This document shows, in pieces, positions 42,401-49,350 of a DNA stretch of 50,991 bases. The notes below the pieces were generated by a model. That model was given only the letters and a program-made list of their open reading frames with translations. It was not told the DNA's origin and did no database searches. The DNA lies in the IMG/VR virus record IMGVR_UViG_3300008224_000001; one strand, written 5' to 3'. How positions within the stretch are numbered: position 1 is the first letter of the stretch; every line of letters starts with the position of its first letter. Origin of the DNA: a virus. The translations under genes were made by a program, and so were the position numbers.

Positions 42401-45400
42401 GGTGTATTGCGCAGACGAGGTTTTATCTGCATCCAAATCACCGGTGTAGCCAATATCGGCAGCGGTAGTATTGGCGTTGTTACCTACGTCAGTCACTTTT
42501 TTGATTAAAGCAACTCTCGCCGCATAGTAGTCATTAAACTTAGCTCTAAAAGTGGCGGCAACGATTGTCGTCGAGCCTGACAAGCTGGCATTGTTAATCC
42601 AAATAGGCACGCCAGAGGCAAAAGTCACTCCATCATTTAGATAGTCCGCAAGCGCGGTAAACGAATTGCCGTAAGTTGTTTTTTCAGTGGTGATTGAGTA
42701 CACATCTGCCTGCGCATCGATGACCCCCTTCTCAGCTGCAATTGCCTCCCACTCACGACGCACAGCAGCCTTCTCAACCGGAGATAGAACATCATCAGAG
42801 GCCATATCATTAGTTGCTGCGACGGCTGTGCTTGCCTTGCTTGATGCCGTGCTTAACGTGCCGCCATCCGTTGCGTTCAGCTCGATTAACGAAGTCGGCT
42901 TGCCATTGATATAATTCCACTCTGCACCTGAGCCCGAGGTCATGATCGCATTGCCTAGATCATCGTATATTCCGAACGAGTGCATGGATACGTGACCATT
43001 TGCGTCAACCACAAATTCGCCGGAGTTTATATCAATCGTTCCCCCGCTGATATTCCCCTTAAACTCAACATTGCCGAAGGTATCCATTGCAAACAGCGCG
43101 TTACCAGCGGTTTTCGCCCCCGTTCCGTACCACAATGGAAAGCTGCCTGTGTCCGACATCTCAACTCGGTAATTTGTATCCAGCGGGTTGGTTCTGAATG
43201 TGCCTGCTGTGACTAAGCCAATATCAGCCGAGATTGCCGCTAAATTAGTTACAGTAATTTTATCCGCTGTGACTGCTCCAACCGCAATTGAGCGACCATA
43301 AATAGAGCCGTCAATCAACAGATCGCCCAGAATACCGACTTTAGAGATGCCATTAACCAGCGCAACGCCAAAAACTGCCGTCGGTGTTGCATGAGTTGAC
43401 GGCTGAACGATAATAAACCGATCAGCCTCCACCACCACATCACCCACCCGACCAGGATCTTCTAAGATAGTGCCCACTTCAGCGGTCACATTAACCGATG
43501 CAACCACCGTACTTAATTGCGATGAATAGGTTAATCCATAAGGGCCAAAATCATCAACCCCCTGTAATTTAACATACCAAGTGCCCGTCGTATCAACAGG
43601 AAACGCCATCACTCGATCTGTTCCCTCAAACACTAGATTGCCCGTTCCCGCCGCCGCATCAGGAACGAAGCCCGGCGTTTGCGAGGCATAAACGCGTGTA
43701 TACGCATAATCTGAATCAGTCGGAGGGTAATACTCAACAAAAATTTGCGCCAATCCTTCGGACAGCGCGATATTAGAAAAAGTGGTTGGGGCTGGATTGC
43801 TCGCTGCCAAAGAGCCATCTATGGATAAATTGCCATAAAAATCACGTGCCGCAACCGTAATGGAAATGGCACGGAATGGCCCGCCATCTTCTATATTACG
43901 CTCAAACGAATAAGTGTAAGTCGCTTCTGTCACATATTCCGTGCGTAAAAAATTACCCGCCTGATAAACATCGACTTTAAAATCACGAAACCACGGCGTT
44001 TGCCCGCCATCCCCTGCGCCATAACTACTTTGCAGCCCTAAAACCGCATCCGCATCAGTCGCCCACTTAAATTCTGCATTCTTGCCCTCAAAAGTATTCC
44101 CCCCTGGGCCGGTTATTTGTAGATTAGTAATGCTAACCGCTGTAATTTCGTAAAATTTACCGATTAATGTTTGCACCGTAATCGACGAAGATGCAGCCCC
44201 CGCGATATTAACCGCATGTACTTTTATCGTATAAGTCCCTTGCTTTAATGGCTCTATTCGATAGCCATTAGCGCTGACTTTTACCTCTGTTTCTAAACCA
44301 TCATCTAAAGACCACGTTAAAACATGGTGCGCTAGTAAGGGATCTGTCGATGCCCAGAAAATATCTAAATAACGAGAAATACCTTCTAAACCGAGAAAAG
44401 TCCCTTCCTGTACACCCACCCCGCTAGGCGGAATAACCGCATTCGTATTGGCATACGGTTTTTTATAAATAGGCTGTAGCTGCAAGCCGTTTTCTATCTG
44501 AGCATATTTATCCGCATTATAAGCCACCGCACTCAACTCATAAAAACCGCCGTCTTTTTCAGTCGAGTTTTCAGTAATCCATAACACACGGTATTCTTTT
44601 GATGGAATTGCACCCGAGTGTAATGACCAAATGGCCGCATGATCAGGCGCTTGTGCTAAGGCAGGAAAAACCGTCAACGATTGCGTAACACCCGCAGCAT
44701 TCGTCACCGGCGCAATAACGGTTGAGCCATCTGGCAAGATAATACTTAAGGTATAACTTTGGCCGGACAATAAATCCACTTCTGCATCCAGCGGAATGGT
44801 TGTGGTAGTTGCGCCCGCACTTATGCGACCCGCCAAACGCAAGCCATTATGCCTAAGCGGATCAGAAACGCGGATAATATCACCCGGCTTATTTACTAGC
44901 CCACTTAAGCCCACCGCAAAACTAATCGCGTCGGTCTCCATGCGTGAGGTCAATAATAAACGCTTACCTGCCCTATGCGCTTGCCCGCGAGAGGTTGCAC
45001 CAATCGCCGCTACCTTTTTCTCACGATACCCATAGCGCTCAATGCCTTCACGATCCTCTACATATTCCGTGGATAGCCGATAAAAATCATCCGGATCATT
45101 CCACTCAACCAGCGCAACGGTATAGCGCATTTGACGTGCTGAACCGGCATAACTAAAACGGCCGTCAATGACATTCGCAGGGGTATACAAAGCACTTACC
45201 GCTTTAGGCGAATCTTGCGCAACAAACACCCCGCCGCCATGCCAGAATGCCATTGCATCAAAGCTTGAGGCTATGTCTTGAACTATCTTTTTAGCATCAT
45301 TATCTTGCTGTAAATATAAATCTAGCGAGTAACGCGGCTCAGTGCTACCAAAGCCATTATTAACCAAGGCATCACTACGCTGTGCAATCGCCCATAAGTT

Positions 45401-46435
45401 CCACTTATCGATAAACGCTTCAGGCACTTCACGCCCCAAGCCATAGCGAGGATCAGTAATCAAATCGTAAAAAATCCACGCAGGGCAACGCGTCCACGCA
45501 TTAACAAACGTGCCATCCCAATCAACCCCGGTATAAGTTCGTGCAACAGGATCATAAAACGCTGGCCCTGGCACACGTACTTTAATACCTTTTAATAAAT
45601 ACCCGCGCTTAGGGACTTGGCTAAAATGCCTTGCATCAAATGACAGGCGTGCATGAGCTGTATTGGGGTAACGTAATTTAGCATTAATTAGCTCGGTGTA
45701 GCTTTTCCATGTAATCGCATTCGCCACCGTGCCATCGGTAATTTCTGGTGTTAAGCGGGAGATACGAATATCGTACGGCGCAACCCCATATTGCGCGAGT
45801 TTAATATTAAAACTGCGCTCATAAGGGGACGATGCCTTGCCCTTGAAAAGACCAGGGCCTTCTAGGCGAGTCCCTGCTTGAAACTCAATCAAACCGAAAT
45901 TAGTAAAAATAGGAACTGACTCGACAACAGGCACATCAACAAAACTACCACCGCTGGCTCTAACTTCTACTGTAACCTGCACCTCAGTTCCATTCACATC
46001 ACCTGTCTCTGTATCACGCGACCACAAAGCGGCCACCTGCAAAGTAATACGCACCGCATCGGCAATGGCTGAATTAACGGTACGCGTGACCGGCGTAGCC
46101 AAAGTGACCTCACTCGCCACCGACATTTCAATTGCCGCCCCCGCGTTTTCATCCGCCGACATTTCGCCCACAGGAATATAAGTCTGATCTTGCGTACCTA
46201 AGCGGTAATCAAAAGAAACGCCCTTAAAATTAAGCGACCCATCCGCGTTTTTTACCGGCGTATTATCTAAAAACACTGATTCCAATGGATCAGCTGTGGC
46301 AAACCCCCCGATTTCCCCTTCTGAAATCCCATCAACAAATTCAATAATTGAAACGGATTGCAAAGAATCTTCAGCCACTACCGCGGCTCTAGGCGCACCA
46401 CCGCCACCACCCGCACCACCAATAATCTTACTCAT
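36437..46435 (-). CDS. J: Giant host-specificity / central tail fibre protein (lambda gpJ family N-terminus plus a long modular extension), 3332 aa
   Basis: The N-terminal ~1100 aa are colinear with lambda J (e.g. NTAHARLSFDARHFSQVPKRGYLLKGIKVRVP, RGQAHRAGKRLL). The remainder is repeated modules. Confidence 0.85.
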   Translation of the reverse strand: MSKIIGGAGGGGGAPRAAVVAEDSLQSVSIIEFVDGISEGEIGGFATADPLESVFLDNTPVKNADGSLNFKGVSFDYRLGTQDQTYIPVGEMSADENAGAAIEMSVASEVTLATPVTRTVNSAIADAVRITLQVAALWSRDTETGDVNGTEVQVTVEVRASGGSFVDVPVVESVPIFTNFGLIEFQAGTRLEGPGLFKGKASSPYERSFNIKLAQYGVAPYDIRISRLTPEITDGTVANAITWKSYTELINAKLRYPNTAHARLSFDARHFSQVPKRGYLLKGIKVRVPGPAFYDPVARTYTGVDWDGTFVNAWTRCPAWIFYDLITDPRYGLGREVPEAFIDKWNLWAIAQRSDALVNNGFGSTEPRYSLDLYLQQDNDAKKIVQDIASSFDAMAFWHGGGVFVAQDSPKAVSALYTPANVIDGRFSYAGSARQMRYTVALVEWNDPDDFYRLSTEYVEDREGIERYGYREKKVAAIGATSRGQAHRAGKRLLLTSRMETDAISFAVGLSGLVNKPGDIIRVSDPLRHNGLRLAGRISAGATTTTIPLDAEVDLLSGQSYTLSIILPDGSTVIAPVTNAAGVTQSLTVFPALAQAPDHAAIWSLHSGAIPSKEYRVLWITENSTEKDGGFYELSAVAYNADKYAQIENGLQLQPIYKKPYANTNAVIPPSGVGVQEGTFLGLEGISRYLDIFWASTDPLLAHHVLTWSLDDGLETEVKVSANGYRIEPLKQGTYTIKVHAVNIAGAASSSITVQTLIGKFYEITAVSITNLQITGPGGNTFEGKNAEFKWATDADAVLGLQSSYGAGDGGQTPWFRDFKVDVYQAGNFLRTEYVTEATYTYSFERNIEDGGPFRAISITVAARDFYGNLSIDGSLAASNPAPTTFSNIALSEGLAQIFVEYYPPTDSDYAYTRVYASQTPGFVPDAAAGTGNLVFEGTDRVMAFPVDTTGTWYVKLQGVDDFGPYGLTYSSQLSTVVASVNVTAEVGTILEDPGRVGDVVVEADRFIIVQPSTHATPTAVFGVALVNGISKVGILGDLLIDGSIYGRSIAVGAVTADKITVTNLAAISADIGLVTAGTFRTNPLDTNYRVEMSDTGSFPLWYGTGAKTAGNALFAMDTFGNVEFKGNISGGTIDINSGEFVVDANGHVSMHSFGIYDDLGNAIMTSGSGAEWNYINGKPTSLIELNATDGGTLSTASSKASTAVAATNDMASDDVLSPVEKAAVRREWEAIAAEKGVIDAQADVYSITTEKTTYGNSFTALADYLNDGVTFASGVPIWINNASLSGSTTIVAATFRAKFNDYYAARVALIKKVTDVGNNANTTAADIGYTGDLDADKTSSAQYTPVQGWNLNGTLDGWAVNQASVVLNPSTVTVTSTGTDPQIRMTGLSVIGAENTLVRMRVKRIVGTSWQGTCYYGTSGHRYSASYKKTITNITVTNEFVVLEWDMSDLTTGDADWVDNTIIEIRFDLAAGGIGDAFEIDWIAVGSLSSLATMGATWGYDVGGQPADTVLLNEHTTAADIGYTGDLDATRNVFKGDWSTSTAYAIGDVVIDTLGYGWSSLTTHTSSANTTTGNIVPAYPTASNTNWSLYAVKGVDAITAIVSNEAHTFSATASGNIIAYTDSGTTIRVFEGSREVIYDAVGTTDGTWKVSVIPTNITTGSLTDSGDFLTVGQHSGVASGTDASSILYSITGKRFDGSDLNATAQQSFSKSKAGDTGAAGAAGAAGSAGPQGAIGETGADGATLYTWVAYADNVTGTTNFTTGAPTTQTYMGIANNKTSTTESTDPTDYSWGLITGSQGVKGDPGDDGVTTYTWFAYATNATGTTGFTTGAWTNQTYIGIASNKTTATESTTAADYSWSLIKGDAGSNGSDGSDGATGAQGPSVVVTSNIQTSFKSTDTTLDAGQADIIFIATPSGVSSPTYVWSQVGCQTAPTSSTSNTYTITAAQFGTAGSAKVQCTVNGVYKDEITVVRLETSTAAAGADITALNAALNTTNVGELTAAQVQSSSNTSFFTGFEVLEVSSLVEGAGSTFIENTLEKFSGSQSIEITTTAKDTVASGTVGGIYGFIDARTALYFAGKTIVVSVMAKTLNACSSFSVGYSTNEAGNSGWQEFTPTATWQEYRFTFSVALPLTNGGDYFGFQGDVDGTILIDSFFIAEYADATDYGQIAIDTLAAQDAAKAYADAQDIVAAVTSSAYADGIVDAEEARAIADAVDQADIARDAAIATAATDATNKANVAATTSDWVGVADKPTDTQLLNANTTPSDIGFTGDLNATLGADSSNLQSGVSANLLLNAGFSQGSTTRWTASAGTIVVEPLGVNLANWFPENGNALYVKQEVVAAAVSTGYHDIFSTDIPVIEGTRYEYQARLAGHRCEVKIFIYWLNEAGAAIDNSAFAIANSGSNGGKSLNDFDLVGAFDTAPAGAFSAKLAIRKIGTNADPINNTSYLFVTQPYLGIAGAGQTELSPWTTGAAGGYLSEKDSLDLLDVGFTGDSDANNTTLTSQLSDDSNLGGTAAWSGLVSRPTDTQLLNANTTAIDVGLGNVTDGADVTLTKLAGSGVNIASTRYSGFGSVLPTMVHFGNGTIAPSTTAFFGQHSLQLAATGIDNYVYLGASSGDYNISITPNKKWIVSAYVRCNLVSKGTHLFIKTSDTNHTSKSATTSGTVNTWSRVSWAIDLSANPSTTCLLRLDNEGGNGSIMQFDGIMIEQQVGSLTTPSAYSIPSGTDFIQISADTLVAENAAKAHAEAQDALAAIVANAYSDGVVSTEEARAIADATSKATAAELAAITAAAVDATTKSNAAATTSAWAGIANRPSDQQLLNTNTTPADIGYTGDLAATAGADFDADVTNIPYATIYNNDDAAALGFNPTFSDWTGTLPEGWSTWGSNLTKETSNVRVGKFAAKGIGAGLASGPGMTRIASFASSPLGPGTFFAGTVDMYLSARTSGLPGLLVRVYTNAALTTYKDTRVQPSTMAGVWQRLPWTARGLAGTPIYGIRIYLMASWSGFSSGVFTGTVLFDNLRFSLFDSSTDNTAITVNSDGTLSGAGAGGVTLSGIGFSGDSNATAGAAWNLNLVGKPTDTQLLNENTTANDVGLGNVNNTSDATVLSSAASDATSKANAAALTANWASVTSRPTNLLGLDSTANAKLVSIATGATVGATFGTDINGQITSGNISTYIASAAIGSAQIGTAAIGTAQIGTAAVTNAKIGDLAVDTLQIAGNAVTVPVGAYTAAGINVSDAAWVTVQSVAIYSIGSIPVSVFCAFGGASDLAIDCRMLRGGAVIASGSYGSMLNIIDTPTIGTHTYSLQGKMRTNFNATSITNRSIIAIGLKK
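41255..41281 (-). repeat. 9-bp tandem repeat (ACCTGCTGC x3 on +) encoding an (AGA)n / GAA collagen-like tract in J
   Basis: Read directly; a 4th degenerate copy follows. Confidence 0.85.
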
Positions 46436-46998
46436 AATTCAATGTCCTGCGTATTTACTCGTGATGATAAAACCATAGAGCCGACTAACAAAGGGCCGCC
46501 GTATAACACAGGGATTCGCCCTCCTTGCCGACTGGTATTGACTACGCCATTAAAGATATAAGAGGGTTTATTTTCAGGCGCTTCATTTGCGCCTGAGCCA
46601 TCAGGCGTGCCGGCGATAAGCGAGGCTATTGCGGATATAGCTAATGAAATAGCCATATTGACGACAATCGCAACGATTGTAGCGGCAGTACCAGAAATAA
46701 CACCAGACGTAATACTTGCGATAATTGCGGCGGTAACATTACCACTAATCTTAGGCACAACATAAAGCATCTCATCACCCCACGCATCCAAGCCACACTC
46801 ATTCGTCACTTGCCTAGCTGCATCAGGATTAGACTCGTCAATTAATATAGCGACATAACCCCCTGCATCACACGCCGCTAAAAACCCCGGTCGATTGGCA
46901 TTAATTGCTCTTAATGCTTCCGAGGCGGTATCAACTTCTAACAACCAATCCGCTTTGTATTTTTCTGCAATATCGCCTAATAACTTAATTTTTTTCAT
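46432..46998 (-). CDS. I: Tail assembly protein I (lambda gpI family)
   Basis: 188 aa with a hydrophobic Gly/Ala/Ile-rich C-terminus; lies between K and J. Confidence 0.7.
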   Translation of the reverse strand: MKKIKLLGDIAEKYKADWLLEVDTASEALRAINANRPGFLAACDAGGYVAILIDESNPDAARQVTNECGLDAWGDEMLYVVPKISGNVTAAIIASITSGVISGTAATIVAIVVNMAISLAISAIASLIAGTPDGSGANEAPENKPSYIFNGVVNTSRQGGRIPVLYGGPLLVGSMVLSSRVNTQDIEL

Positions 46999-47695
46999 GA
47001 TGCCTCAAATAACAAATGGTATTTTTACGCCAATAATTTCCGTACTGCTCTTGCTTGCTGATATTATTTAGCGTTTGATGAACAATCAAGCCACCCTCCA
47101 AATAAACCGCCACATGATTAGGAATCACCCCTTGTAATTGCACTACCACCACATCGCCATGCTGGGGGCTGTCTACCCGCTCAAAACCCCACTTTTTATA
47201 ATCCGCAATAATGCAGCTATTCACAGCCTTATCGTGCCACCAGCCATACGGCGGACGCTCACGGTCGGGTAAGTTAATATTTAATTCATTCTGATAAAAA
47301 TCTTTAACCAAGCCAAAGCAATCAAAAATGCCATACACAAATTGCCGCCCTTCATAATCCGCCGTATAGCCATCGGGGTAATAACACTGGATGTCACACG
47401 AGGGATAACCCATAATTAAAAACGGCACATTGGCCCGCTCAGAACTGGCTTTATCCGCCTCGCTCGGTTCAGGCGAGCGGTTAGGGTGAGAATGCACCAC
47501 AATCACCACACGATTAGCGGCTTGCGCATAAAAAACAGGGTCAATTAAAAAGGACTGTTCAGGGGTAGGTGACTGGTTTTCTGCCTCAACATATTGCAGC
47601 AACCCGCCATTATCCAGCACCAAGCCACAGCACTCATTCGGAAACACACGCTCTGCATGTTGAGTTATTTGATCTATAATAATATCGTCAATCAT
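46985..47695 (-). CDS. K: Tail tip assembly protein K (JAB/MPN plus NlpC/P60). Start moved to MIDDIIIDQ.
   Basis: HSHPNRSPEPSEAD JAMM motif; the GIFDCFGLV catalytic Cys of NlpC/P60. Confidence 0.8.
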   Translation of the reverse strand: MIDDIIIDQITQHAERVFPNECCGLVLDNGGLLQYVEAENQSPTPEQSFLIDPVFYAQAANRVVIVVHSHPNRSPEPSEADKASSERANVPFLIMGYPSCDIQCYYPDGYTADYEGRQFVYGIFDCFGLVKDFYQNELNINLPDRERPPYGWWHDKAVNSCIIADYKKWGFERVDSPQHGDVVVVQLQGVIPNHVAVYLEGGLIVHQTLNNISKQEQYGNYWRKNTICYLRHHEKN

Positions 47696-47699
47696 TTTT

Positions 47700-48389
47700 T
47701 TAAATCCGCCCCAACGCAGGAAATCCGCCAAAATCCAACGGACTGGTCGCACCAAAGCGCAATTTGCAATCATCCAAGCGTTTACCGCACATGTCATCCA
47801 CTTGATTAACCACACTCACCCCCGCTGCATCAAAATACTTAGCGGGATTAGTGCCCGCCCAACCACAGCCCGACCCGTTCTCACTGGATTTATATTGCCA
47901 CGGGCAAGAATTAGCAATCGCGGTTCTACCTGGCAAACGTTTATCCACAAAATCCATTGCTGAAGCCAGTTCAAACTCAACCACTAACGGGCTTTCACTG
48001 ACTTTTTGCTCAATAAAGAAAGACTCTTCGGCATACGCCCCGCTATCGGGCGTTTCGGTATTCAGGTATTGCTCAAAAGTGCGGCGACGTTTAACAATCG
48101 CACCCACTAAATCATCATAGGTTTGTAAATCAGCGGAAATAACCCCGCCAAAGTTTGAAATACTCACTTTTGGCCGCGCTTCCGCCCCTGACCCCCGCTT
48201 TTCTAAGCCTTCAATCGCAATCGGCCACGGGGTATAATCTTGGCCCTGAAAATGCAGCGTGCCATAGTTGGCATCTGTGCCAGGGTAAAAATAATGCACG
48301 ATCCCCACGCCGATATTATTAAGATCAATAATATATAAATCAATTAACGCACCGGGTGAAAGTTTATGAATATCCGCGTCTAAACTCAT
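47700..48389 (-). CDS. L: Minor tail protein L
   Basis: C-terminal Cys cluster CPWQYK...GCGW...MCGKRLDDCKLRFG, typical of the lambda gpL Fe-S site. Confidence 0.8.
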   Translation of the reverse strand: MSLDADIHKLSPGALIDLYIIDLNNIGVGIVHYFYPGTDANYGTLHFQGQDYTPWPIAIEGLEKRGSGAEARPKVSISNFGGVISADLQTYDDLVGAIVKRRRTFEQYLNTETPDSGAYAEESFFIEQKVSESPLVVEFELASAMDFVDKRLPGRTAIANSCPWQYKSSENGSGCGWAGTNPAKYFDAAGVSVVNQVDDMCGKRLDDCKLRFGATSPLDFGGFPALGRI

Positions 48390-48724
48390 GGTTCAAATAC
48401 CTCAAAAATACTGGCTGAAAAACTATTACTATCATCACCCACCGGCACAGCATCCCATTGGCCACAAACATACTTTTTCGGAACACTGGCATATTTAGAC
48501 TGCCACGTAAAATTATCTACACCGCCCAATCCTGCAAAGAAGGCGAGTAAAACACCCACCTCGTCATCGGTTAAATCTTGATAGGATAAATCCCATGATT
48601 CCACTAACGCATTGAGTCCGTTTGCAGCGCGCTGCGTATAGCCATCACCAAACCCCGCCGCCAATACTTTAGGCGTAAATTTAACGGGGGATGAATAATC
48701 TGGCTGTATCGGTAAATTAGCCAT
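48386..48724 (-). CDS. M: Minor tail protein M
   Basis: 112 aa; FGDGYTQRA...NFTWQ pattern of the gpM family. Confidence 0.7.
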   Translation of the reverse strand: MANLPIQPDYSSPVKFTPKVLAAGFGDGYTQRAANGLNALVESWDLSYQDLTDDEVGVLLAFFAGLGGVDNFTWQSKYASVPKKYVCGQWDAVPVGDDSNSFSASIFEVFEP

Positions 48725-49350
48725 TACACTTCCCTCAATTCTAAGGCAGGCAAATTATGAATGCTTTGCCCTTGGTTTTTATAGGCTAAAAACTTGGTGG
48801 TAAAATTCCGAGTGGTGAATTTAGCGCGCACATCAAACTCAAAATCAGCGCTGATAATAACGCCATTAGCCGGTGCAACCGAAAAGGTAACGAGGCCGGT
48901 TAGCACATCAACCGTCCAGCCCGACGACTGCACCACATCATCAAAATAAAGTGCGACGCTATTCGCCACAGGCTTAGTAATAATGCGCTCGGTGATGTCG
49001 GTATCAATATAGCGCTTAATGAGCTGAAACTGATTAATAGCCCCATCACCCACGCCCAAATACCCTTGCTGATCAATGCCATTATGCAGCGCATGGAAGT
49101 CAGCCCAATCTTTATAACGAAAGCGCTGTAACGTGCCTTTTCTAGCACTGTAAAAAGCGGCTAATTTGCTTATTTTTTCATGGCTAATATTACGCGTGCC
49201 AATCGTCCAAGCCCGTGTAAAGCTAAATTCGCTAGTATTTTGTACAACATCGGCCAGTAAATCAGGCATACGATTACCCCGCACATTAATAGAACTGATT
49301 GCACCTAAGTCATAACCTAGATCAAGGCGGCTTTCTGAATTTATATTCAA
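48724..49350 (-). CDS. DUF2460-type distal tail protein (GTA g12-like)
   Basis: AAFYSARKGTLQRFRYKDWADF matches the DUF2460 signature FFeaRrG.l.gFRfKDw.Dy. Confidence 0.6.
   Translation of the reverse strand: MNINSESRLDLGYDLGAISSINVRGNRMPDLLADVVQNTSEFSFTRAWTIGTRNISHEKISKLAAFYSARKGTLQRFRYKDWADFHALHNGIDQQGYLGVGDGAINQFQLIKRYIDTDITERIITKPVANSVALYFDDVVQSSGWTVDVLTGLVTFSVAPANGVIISADFEFDVRAKFTTRNFTTKFLAYKNQGQSIHNLPALELREV

Noticed and set aside
36527-46561. Many + strand ORFs of 60-175 aa antisense to J (e.g. 36527..36994, 36918..37442, 40718..41086)
   Set aside because: They lie entirely inside the 10-kb J ORF. They have low-complexity Ser/Ala/Pro-rich translations and no RBS, which is typical of stop-poor antisense frames in a compositionally biased gene.
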